NCBI GenBank assembly: GCA_002306085.1
Contig: DBRS01000014.1
Span: forward strand, 10,690-74,689
From: Candidatus Moranbacteria bacterium UBA1362
GTDB taxonomy: Bacteria > Patescibacteriota > Minisyncoccia > Moranbacterales > GWC2-37-73
Length of the DNA: 64,000 nt
Reading direction: 5' to 3'
Notes under the pieces: model-generated
Told to the model about the DNA's origin: nothing
The model's database searches: none
What the model saw: the letters and a program-made list of their open reading frames with translations, nothing else
In this document: piece after piece, positions 57,257 to 64,000 of the stretch
Layout: every line of letters starts with the position of its first letter
Position numbering within the stretch: the first letter of the stretch is position 1
Translations under genes and position numbers: made by a program

Positions 57257-57823
57257 TTATTCAATGCAACAATCAATCGCTTTTCTTACGAGATCTCTTA
57301 GTTTTCCGGTAAAACCTGTTGGATTATTGTCGAGCTTGTTAAGCGCATTTTCGTCAATTTTTTTGATTGTTTTTTCAGATTCAACTCCACCGGCTTCTTT
57401 GATGTCATTTGTCCCGATAAGCTTCATATTTAAAGCCCAGAACATTCCATAAAGGTCATAAGATTTTTGGAACAGTTCCTTGGCTTCTTCTTTCTTGCCC
57501 ATTCCCAATTGTTTTGTTCCAACTTCCATAAGCCGCATCGATGCAGCCAGAAGGTGCTTGGAAATGCACCAAACTTCGCCTTCATATTCTTTAATAATTT
57601 TCTGAAGCAAAGACTTGCGCATTTCCCTTACTTCTTTGAGCAAATCAAAATATTCGTCTTTGCCTGTTTTTTCAGCTGTGAAGAAAAAATGTTCCTCAAT
57701 GCTAATAAGATTCATGATGGCAATACTAAGATCTTGATCGGATGATAGATCCATCTTATCCTGTTTCTTCATCTGATCAATTTTTTTCACGAATTCGCTT
57801 AAATTTTTGATTTTGTTTTGCAT
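57257..57823 (-). CDS. Hypothetical helical protein
   Basis: 188 aa. No motif was found. Confidence 0.3.
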   Translation of the reverse strand: MQNKIKNLSEFVKKIDQMKKQDKMDLSSDQDLSIAIMNLISIEEHFFFTAEKTGKDEYFDLLKEVREMRKSLLQKIIKEYEGEVWCISKHLLAASMRLMEVGTKQLGMGKKEEAKELFQKSYDLYGMFWALNMKLIGTNDIKEAGGVESEKTIKKIDENALNKLDNNPTGFTGKLRDLVRKAIDCCIE

Positions 57824-57827
57824 AATT

Positions 57828-58343
57828 TTATTTAGTTAGAAAATAATAAACGACGCTTAAAATGATTAAAGGTGCAATTGGCATTACCACTTTCTGAAAA
57901 GGAAAGTAGGCGTGTCCGTTATTTTTATCTTTGAGATGAAAATACCAGCTGGCGCCAAACCAAAAAGAAATGCTTCCGGCAATTATGCCGAAAAGCAGTT
58001 TGTCTAGACCGCAGTTACAAAAAGTATTTAAGGGATTGCCAATTATCTTGGAATAATGCAGCGGAATTAAGATTAAGGCATAATATCCTGCAATGTTAGC
58101 GTAAATTCTGCCTTTGAATTTGATATTTTTCTTATCCAGCCAGCTTTCCGTCCAAGCAATCATAGAAACGATCAGCCCTCCGATCCAAAGTCCGGTAATT
58201 GAATCATCTATTCCCAGCCAGCGTGAAAGTCCGACACCGGCGCTGACAGCAATTGTGCAAATTGGACAAACCGCCCATGCTTTTTTGGCAAAAATAACCC
58301 CGACTGTAAAAAACGCTAAAAATAACGCTGATTTTTTATTCAT
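57828..58343 (-). CDS. Membrane protein with CPxC and CxC motifs (possible thiol-disulfide oxidoreductase)
   Basis: 171 aa and ~4 TM helices. AVCPICT lies in TM1 and FCNCG in a later loop. Confidence 0.35.
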   Translation of the reverse strand: MNKKSALFLAFFTVGVIFAKKAWAVCPICTIAVSAGVGLSRWLGIDDSITGLWIGGLIVSMIAWTESWLDKKNIKFKGRIYANIAGYYALILIPLHYSKIIGNPLNTFCNCGLDKLLFGIIAGSISFWFGASWYFHLKDKNNGHAYFPFQKVVMPIAPLIILSVVYYFLTK

Positions 58344-58754
58344 TTATTTTTCGTAAATTTTTTGTTTGAAAAAAGCAATGATATCTTTGTCGCCACTCAG
58401 GCATTTTTCTCCGTCCCAAAGAAAGGGAATACCTATTGAATCTTTCGGTATTCCACAGGCTCTGGCTTTTTCTTCCAATTGTTTGAAATTGGCTCGGTCG
58501 CGATAGATCTCCTTTTGAGAAAATTTTATTTTTTCATCTACTTTATTTTTTTTGATGTAGTCTTCCACGATCAAACAATGCGGGCAGCCGTCCCCATAGA
58601 AAAAAATTATATTCTCTTCCGATTCCACTTTCTCCTGAACCGGCATCTCGCTTGCCGGCAATTGCTCTGAGCTTTTATCTTTGAAAAAAGCATAAAATGA
58701 AAATATCAGAGTGAAAATGAATAAGACTGTAGGTATAATGATTTTATTTTTCAT
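58344..58754 (-). CDS. Membrane-anchored glutaredoxin-like protein (CPHC)
   Basis: 136 aa. FFYGDGCPHCLIVEDYI. It is a paralog of 50643..51032. Confidence 0.65.
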   Translation of the reverse strand: MKNKIIIPTVLFIFTLIFSFYAFFKDKSSEQLPASEMPVQEKVESEENIIFFYGDGCPHCLIVEDYIKKNKVDEKIKFSQKEIYRDRANFKQLEEKARACGIPKDSIGIPFLWDGEKCLSGDKDIIAFFKQKIYEK

Positions 58755-58760
58755 GGTTTT

Positions 58761-59243
58761 TTATAATAAACTTTTTATTTCCGAAACAAGATAATCAGAA
58801 AAAGCCTTTTTGTCGGATATTAGTCTCCAAACCCGGGTGTCTTCTTTGATGTTGTCCTTGCCGTCGATAATCGGATTGATAAAAAGCGATGATCCAGCCG
58901 CCTTAAACTTAGCCGCAATTTCCTTATTTTCCGGCAAATCCACGTTAATTTCTTTGAATTCAATTTTTCCTTCATGCAACTCTAATTGAAAGAATTCCTC
59001 AAGCGTTGCTTTCGTGTATTGACCTATTGTTATGCAGGAATGGCAGCGGTTAGTGGAATGAAACATGTAAACCTGGATTTTTTCCGCCGGTTTTGTTTTT
59101 TGAACTTCAGTCTCCTGAGAATTTTTTTGCGTGTTGATGCTGTCGGACTGAGAATTTTTGTTCGAATTTGCGCTTATATAGATAAGTGCTATGGCAAAAA
59201 ACAAAGCGCTTCCATAAAGCAAATATATCCCTAACTTTTTCAT
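58761..59243 (-). CDS. Secreted/anchored CxxC protein (CHSC), possible thioredoxin-like fold
   Basis: 160 aa with an N-terminal TM. VYMFHSTNRCHSCITIGQY. Confidence 0.35.
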   Translation of the reverse strand: MKKLGIYLLYGSALFFAIALIYISANSNKNSQSDSINTQKNSQETEVQKTKPAEKIQVYMFHSTNRCHSCITIGQYTKATLEEFFQLELHEGKIEFKEINVDLPENKEIAAKFKAAGSSLFINPIIDGKDNIKEDTRVWRLISDKKAFSDYLVSEIKSLL

Positions 59244-59264
59244 AATATGCTCCTATCTTAATTA

Positions 59265-59552
59265 TTAGCACTTGCAATTGCAAGAACAAGCCCCGGCCTG
59301 ATTGTTTGCTGACATTTTGTAATTTGCCAATATTTCTTTGATTTGATCAACATCAGGCACTGATCCGGCTATGACTACTTTCTCATCCACAATCAAAACT
59401 GGCATGCTCATTACGTTATATTCCATTATTTTTTGAATGTCGGTTATTTTTTCTACCGTCGTTTCCATTTTTAATTCTTCCAGAGCTTTTTTTGTGTTGG
59501 ATTCAAGTTTTTGGCAATTAGGACAGTCAGAGCCTAAGATTTTAATGTTCAT
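59265..59552 (-). CDS. Thioredoxin-family small redox-active disulfide protein (CPNC active site) with Cys-rich tail
   Basis: 95 aa. MNIKILGSDCPNCQKLE resembles the 'redox-active disulfide protein 2' family that is commonly paired with ArsR and DUF318 permeases. The C-terminus is CSCNCKC. Confidence 0.65.
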   Translation of the reverse strand: MNIKILGSDCPNCQKLESNTKKALEELKMETTVEKITDIQKIMEYNVMSMPVLIVDEKVVIAGSVPDVDQIKEILANYKMSANNQAGACSCNCKC

Positions 59553-59557
59553 AACGT

Positions 59558-59866
59558 TTATTTGATTACTTGATTAAAAATTTTCTTATAATCCTTGATA
59601 GCTTTTTTATTAAGGGAATAGCGGATAAAATTTCCTTCCCTTGTTTCATTCAAAAGCCCTATTTTTTTCAGTTGCTTTAGATGGTGGGAAGCCAATTTGT
59701 CTGAGATGCCGATGGCGGGAATTATTTCGCATACGCATTTTGAGCCTCTCTGAAGAACGCAGAGAATTTTCAGTCTGTTTGGATCGGCGATGGCGCGAAG
59801 AAATGAATATGTTTTGGCAACATCATCCGCCTCTTTTGAATTTTTTCCGCAACAATTGAATGACAT
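59558..59866 (-). CDS. ArsR/SmtB family metalloregulatory transcriptional repressor
   Basis: 102 aa. The wHTH region has the metal-sensing CVCE motif (LKILCVLQRGSKCVCEIIPAIGISDKLASHHLKQLKKIGLL). Confidence 0.85.
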   Translation of the reverse strand: MSFNCCGKNSKEADDVAKTYSFLRAIADPNRLKILCVLQRGSKCVCEIIPAIGISDKLASHHLKQLKKIGLLNETREGNFIRYSLNKKAIKDYKKIFNQVIK

Positions 59867-60033
59867 AAAAAAACTATTCTAGTTTATATTAGAATAGTAT
59901 AATCTTTTTTTAATTTTGTCAAAAGTTCCGGGCCTGTTGTAACAAAAACAAGGCCTTAACGATCTTGTTTATAAAATACTTCCTATGATAGATATGTTTC
60001 GCAACTTTAATATTAGTCATAGCAAGGAATTGA

Positions 60034-60378
60034 TTAAAATGGTTTAGTGATATTTACGTCATCCACTCTGACTTTGTGAGAAATAATCAAAGACTTCAAA
60101 TGTTCCCTGAATTCTTGCATTGGCACAAGCCCGCTTCGTGCGTTTGTCAAAGCTTGAAATCCATCCGCTTTAGTTAAATTCAATCCGAGAGCCACCACTC
60201 CCATATTGAAACCAAGCTGGATCTTCCGCTCTTCGGATAAATCATCCCACTTGTCTACTTGTGTAAATCGTAGCACTTGTTCACAGGCGTGAATAACAAA
60301 ATCATTCATATTATTTCTTATATCTATAATTATATCATAAAAAGCTTTGGAGTTATATTGGTATAAAAAATAACCCAA
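60034..60378 (-). CDS. Hypothetical protein
   Basis: 114 aa with no motif. It lies immediately 3' of the intron-containing tRNA gene. Confidence 0.3.
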   Translation of the reverse strand: MGYFLYQYNSKAFYDIIIDIRNNMNDFVIHACEQVLRFTQVDKWDDLSEERKIQLGFNMGVVALGLNLTKADGFQALTNARSGLVPMQEFREHLKSLIISHKVRVDDVNITKPF

Positions 60379-60440
60379 TAAAAATGGGTTATTTTATCTA
60401 GCTCCGCGAGTAGGACTCGAACCTACAACCAATTGATTAC

Positions 60441-60986
60441 ACATTATCTCTTTGTTTCCAAAAAGGGTGGACTATATCATCTCCTTTACAGGAGTGAGGC
60501 GCTTCCCGGAATTTAAAATTCCAGTACTCTCTTGCAAGATAGTCTCTGAACCTTTCCCGGATGATGGGACTTGGCTGCTGATTACCATAATTTCTGCTGA
60601 GAAATGTTAGGCTTCCAGCAATTCACCTCATTCTTCACTTCCAAATTTCTTTGGAAGGCTGCGAATGTTATTATGCAACTCTCTGTGGCAATTTGCGCAT
60701 ACAAGAATGCATTTTTCAACTTCACCTTTCACTCTCTCCCAGCTGCGGGTCAAACCCGATTGGGAAACGCCAAATTCTTTTTTGAAGAATCGGCATGATG
60801 AAATTCCAATGCATCACTGCAACGATCATAGCCACAAAGCGCACACCTACCGCCTCCATATTGAATTGCCATTTCTCTAAGTTTCTTGCGTCTTTTTGAA
60901 ACAGCCTTGATCATATACTCTCGGCGGTCAGCATATTTTCGGGTATCCTTCATATATTTTAATTATAACATGAAGGAACGTGTACC
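60441..60986 (-). ncRNA. Group I self-splicing intron (inserted in tRNA anticodon loop)
   Basis: The minus strand contains the canonical group I core elements R (GTTCAGAGACTA, plus-strand coords 60541-60552) and S (GATATAGTCC, 60470-60479). The intron ends in G before the 3' exon. The 5' exon ends in U, consistent with a P1 U.G pair. Confidence 0.7.
60583..60953 (-). pseudogene. Decayed HNH homing-endonuclease gene inside the intron
   Basis: The 67-aa ORF 60750..60953 encodes ...GGGRCALCGYDRCSDALEFHHADSSKKN (a CxxC knuckle plus the HH of HNH). The same frame, interrupted by two TGA stops, continues as ...KNAFLYAQIATES..., where the second knuckle (N..LC..CH) has mutated to Y/I/A. Confidence 0.5.
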
Positions 60987-61744
60987 ACAGTCAACTGCTC
61001 TACCATTGAGCTATCGCGGAATATTTAATTTTAAAAATGTTGCCCAATAAAGCAACAAAAGCATTATAACAAAAGATTGCCTGCTTGGCAAGGCTTAAAA
61101 ATGGGCCGGATCTTGAATAACGCATCTGTCTTATCACTTGTTTTTGCGGCGTTTTTCGCGGTTGTCGCCATCGGCATGATTTTGATCGGCTTTGCTTTCA
61201 ATATGTTTTTCTGACAAAAGTAACGGCTTTTCCCGATATTTCGATTTTTTCACGAGAAGCATGTTATTCATCAATTAACATATTCTGTTTTTGTGATAGA
61301 ATATGAACATAACATTAATACAAAAAAATGAACCACAAAAGGCTTGAAGTTTTTCTGGAGTTCCTGTGTTTTGGAGTGATCATGGGCGTTATTGAAGACA
61401 TGATCGCAGTCAGAATCACATCAGGAACACCTATAACATGGAAGGTTTTCGGAGTCATCGTTTTAATAGCGATTCCTTTTGCCTTCATCGGAGAAATGAT
61501 CGTCGACAAGATCAACTTTGTGAAGCTTTTCAGAAGATTCTTTTCAAAAAAACGAAGGGCATAGAAAAAACAGCAAAACAAAATCGAAGCGCCGCAAGGC
61601 GTTTTTTTGTTTGCCGACATCCCTTCCCTGTTCATGCGGAGGATCCAATGATGAGCAATGTTCATCCCGATCACTGGCGACAGAAGACGAAAAAATTCTG
61701 TTTGTACTAAATGTAGGCATGATAATTAATTAATCTTCAAAAAA

Positions 61745-62128
61745 ATGGACAAAAAATACATCGACGGTTTTGTTCTTGCGGTTCCGAAAGAAAAACTTGA
61801 CTCTTATCGCGAGATGGCCCAAAAGATGGCAAAACTTATGAAAAAATACGGCGCCCTGAAATATATCGAGGCTGTCGGAGAAGACATGAATCCGAAAATG
61901 ATGGAAGGCATGGAAATTGCGAAATTCCCGCAGATGGTCCAGGCCAGGCCCGACGAAGTTGTGATGTTTTCCTTCATCGTTTTCGAATCCCGCGCGCATC
62001 GCGATGAAGTAAACGCCAGGGTCATGAAGGATCCCTTTTTGAATGATTATGAGATGAAGGAAAAAATGATGCCTTTTGACATGAAACGCATGGCCTACGG
62101 CGGATTTGAAGTCATCGTGGAAAGCTGA
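61745..62128 (+). CDS. DUF1428 family protein
   Basis: 127 aa. YIDGFVLAVPKEKLDSYREMAQKMAKLMKKYGALKYIE...FIVFESRAHRDEVNARVMKDP...MPFDMKRMAYGGFEVIV matches the DUF1428 consensus. Confidence 0.7.
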   Translation: MDKKYIDGFVLAVPKEKLDSYREMAQKMAKLMKKYGALKYIEAVGEDMNPKMMEGMEIAKFPQMVQARPDEVVMFSFIVFESRAHRDEVNARVMKDPFLNDYEMKEKMMPFDMKRMAYGGFEVIVES

Positions 62129-62265
62129 AAGTCCGGCATCTTCAAAAAACCCGCTGTACTGGCGGGTTTTTTACACGCATAATTTTTGTTTGCGAACTTT
62201 TCTTAAATCCAGGATAATTGAAGTAACATGAGAAGTCACGTGACCCCTCACGTTACCTTGCGTCA

Positions 62266-63069
62266 TCAGTCGTAAGGCAACGCGCCGAGTGCGGAATAGC
62301 GTTCATTGAGGCTGCCGAAAATCTCCATATCTTCTTCGCTTATTTCAAAATCAAAAATATCAATATTTTCTTCAAGATGCGGCTTTTGATTCGCTTTTGG
62401 AATCGGCACCGTTCCAAGCTGCAAATTCCAGCGCAGCAGCAGTTGCGCCGGCGATTTTTTGTATTTTTCCGCAAGCTGCGCAAGACGCGCATCATCAAGA
62501 CGATCGGTCCTTGTAAGCGGACTGTATGCCTGGATGACAATGTCGTTTTCCCTGCAATAGCTAAACATTGCCATGCTGTGTCCGAAAGGGCTCCATTCTA
62601 TTTGATTAACTGCCGGCACTTCACCGGTTGCCGACGCAAGCTCGTTGATAAGACTCATCGAGTAATTGCTCACGCCTATATCCCTTGCTATTCCCTCGTC
62701 TCTTGCCCTGATCAATCCCTTCCATAAATCTTCTCCTGCTCCTGTTTCCGGAGGGCGGTGAATAAGAATAAGATCTGCGTAATCCAATCCCATTTCTTTC
62801 ACATATGATTTTGAAGCTTCGTACGCATCGTCTATTTCTTCAATTTTTGTGACGATATACAGCTTTTCGCGCGGAACGTTGCTTGTTCTTATCGCCTCGC
62901 CTGCGGCCGGCTGCGTTCCATAGTCCGACGCAGTATCAATCATGCGGTATCCGATGTCTATGGCATGCCGCACCGTGCCGGCGGTATCCCTGGTAAGCTG
63001 CCACGTGCCAAGTCCCATGACGGGCATTCGGCGCCCGGTGCGCAAATTTATTTTTGATTCTATATCCAT
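62266..63069 (-). CDS. Aldo/keto reductase
   Basis: 267 aa. DTASDYG (catalytic Asp/Tyr region), KIEEI (Lys) and LILIHRP are the AKR catalytic tetrad context. Confidence 0.8.
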   Translation of the reverse strand: MDIESKINLRTGRRMPVMGLGTWQLTRDTAGTVRHAIDIGYRMIDTASDYGTQPAAGEAIRTSNVPREKLYIVTKIEEIDDAYEASKSYVKEMGLDYADLILIHRPPETGAGEDLWKGLIRARDEGIARDIGVSNYSMSLINELASATGEVPAVNQIEWSPFGHSMAMFSYCRENDIVIQAYSPLTRTDRLDDARLAQLAEKYKKSPAQLLLRWNLQLGTVPIPKANQKPHLEENIDIFDFEISEEDMEIFGSLNERYSALGALPYD

Positions 63070-63235
63070 AATAATAAAATTTTGTCTTCAAATTTATACA
63101 AACAAGCCTTGACGATTATTGCGCATACTGCGCGCATGCAAAAAAATCGAAAATAGTTTTGTATTAGTATCGGAGCCGTATGATGGCACTAATTAGTGTA
63201 ATAGAATGATACGGTAAAATAATAAAACAAAATTT

Positions 63236-63403
63236 ATGGAAAAAATCAAAGTCGAAAACCACACATTCACAGGATTTTCATGGTTCGCAGGTTGGCTTTT
63301 TACGATCGGCTTCCTCAAACTCACATTCTGGAAAGGAGCGCTTGCCTTGATCGTCTGGCCTTATTACATCGGACAATATATCAACGCATTGACGCAAAAC
63401 TAA
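63236..63403 (+). CDS. Small membrane protein (55 aa)
   Basis: MEKIKVENHTFTGFSWFAGWLFTIGFLKLTFWKGALALIVWPYYIGQYINALTQN. It is not in the track because it is under 60 aa. Confidence 0.35.
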   Translation: MEKIKVENHTFTGFSWFAGWLFTIGFLKLTFWKGALALIVWPYYIGQYINALTQN

Positions 63404-63439
63404 ATCTTTGCGGATAATTTCATAACAATTTGTATACAT

Positions 63440-63814
63440 ATGAAAAACATATTTTCGCGCGGATATGCAGAAATGATTATCCGTTGGTCTCCTCGTGTTC
63501 TGGGATTGGGATTCGTCTTGTTTCTCTCCCTTTTCGCTTTTGACGTGTTTGAGGGAGAATTCAACGCCAAGATGCTGCTGGGGTTTTTCATCCATCTTCT
63601 ACCTTCCCTAACGCTGCTCGCGATAGTCATTGCTTCGTGGAAATGGGAACTTGTCGGAGCGGTCTGCTTCTTTTCTTTCGCAATATTCTACGTGTGGAGC
63701 ATCGGATTGGGACGCCCTTGTAGCCGGTATGCTTTCATATCTGGACCGGCCGCGATCGTCGCCGCACTATTTTTCATGAGCTGGCTCCAAAAAAGAAAGT
63801 CGCTGAAAAAATAA
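63440..63814 (+). CDS. Hypothetical 4-TM membrane protein
   Basis: 124 aa and hydrophobic. It is followed by a terminator. Confidence 0.4.
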   Translation: MKNIFSRGYAEMIIRWSPRVLGLGFVLFLSLFAFDVFEGEFNAKMLLGFFIHLLPSLTLLAIVIASWKWELVGAVCFFSFAIFYVWSIGLGRPCSRYAFISGPAAIVAALFFMSWLQKRKSLKK

Positions 63815-63850
63815 CTATTCTAACGCAGACTGAACGCGCATGCAACATGC

Positions 63851-63890
63851 AAGAAGACCAACCGCATGTGATGGTCTTCTTTTTCTTTTA
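63851..63890 (+). terminator. Rho-independent terminator
   Basis: The stem gaagacca...tggtcttc is followed by tttttctttt. Confidence 0.65.
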
Positions 63891-64000
63891 CCTTCCTTCG
63901 GATTTTTTCCCCTTATTGATCAGCTCTCTGACTCTCTTTCCTCCCATCTGTCCAAGCTCCCGATACCCTTCATGCCCGAGCTCCTGTTTTCTCGTGTTTC
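63888..64000 (-). CDS. C-terminal fragment of a small basic stress-protein-like ORF (partial; the start lies beyond the window end)
   Basis: The minus-strand frame reads ...[36 protein letters not shown]-stop. It has GGKR motifs like the peptide at 50412..50588. Confidence 0.25.
   Translation of the reverse strand, partial: NTRKQELGHEGYRELGQMGGKRVRELINKGKKSEGR

Larger units (their letters stand above)
60403..61020 (-). tRNA. tRNA-Asn(GUU)-like gene interrupted by a ~546-nt group I intron in the anticodon loop
   Basis: The 5' exon (61020 down to ~60987) is tccgcga-ta-gctc-aatggta-gagc-a-gttga-ctgt. The 3' exon (60440 down to 60403) is taa-tcaat-tggtt-gtagg-ttcgagt-cctac-tcgcgga-g. Joined, they give a complete cloverleaf with anticodon loop cuGUUaa and a G discriminator, very similar to the intact tRNA-Asn at 54541. 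A Thr(UGU) junction is the alternative and cannot be excluded by eye. Confidence 0.75.

Noticed and set aside
60403-60440. Orphan 3' half-tRNA interpreted as an integrase attachment-site remnant
   Set aside because: The matching 5' half was found 546 nt upstream on the same strand. Canonical group I intron R and S elements lie in between. The intron interpretation explains both halves.
60750-60953. Intact HNH homing endonuclease gene
   Set aside because: Only the first zinc knuckle and the HH are present in the 67-aa ORF. The downstream continuation is interrupted by two in-frame TGA codons and has lost the second CxxCH knuckle. UGA recoding was considered but rejected, because smpB and other genes end on TGA.
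61315-61674. 119-aa minus-strand ORF versus 78-aa plus-strand ORF 61328..61564
   Set aside because: Neither has an RBS or homology. The plus-strand peptide is TM-like but weakly supported, so the region is left uncalled.

Overview
This 64-kb window is low-GC, compact and gene-dense. It looks like a chromosomal segment of a small-genome bacterium, possibly Patescibacteria/CPR-like; the lineage is an inference from the gene content and minimal housekeeping proteins. UGA is read as a stop, for example in smpB.

The first ~22 kb are housekeeping genes. They include an AI-2E transporter, M16 and U32 peptidases, a Nif3 protein, smpB followed directly by a tmRNA gene, and infC-rpmI-rplT. A complete F-type ATP synthase operon runs in canonical order on the minus strand (atpZ-like, atpB, atpE, atpF, atpH, atpA, atpG, atpD, atpC). 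It is followed by tatD, metG and obg.

The middle of the window holds runs of small hypothetical, secreted and membrane proteins with long palindromes and hairpins. It also holds a holin-family protein, dus, an ABC exporter, rarA, a MacAB-type HlyD/ABC/FtsX transporter, an M23 peptidase and two tandem PAS-GGDEF diguanylate cyclases.

The 3' third is accessory-like. It contains a possible exopolysaccharide locus: a C-terminally truncated UDP-glucose 6-dehydrogenase homolog, a HasA/NodC-like processive GT2 synthase fused to a right-handed beta-helix domain, and a second beta-helix protein. It also contains two tRNA-Asn(GUU) genes about 6 kb apart. One is intact and lies next to an IS200/RAYT-like transposase flanked by perfect 22-bp inverted repeats. 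The other is split in its anticodon loop by a ~546-nt group I intron that carries canonical R and S core elements and a decayed HNH homing-endonuclease ORF. Between the two tRNA copies is a thiol-redox gene island (ArsR, thioredoxin-like, glutaredoxin-like, CxxC membrane proteins, a CcdA/DsbD-like protein and a DUF318/ArsP-like permease).

No CRISPR array, rRNA, reverse transcriptase or prophage structural module was seen. I rate the intron-containing tRNA-Asn and the fused synthase/beta-helix locus as the most interesting systems.
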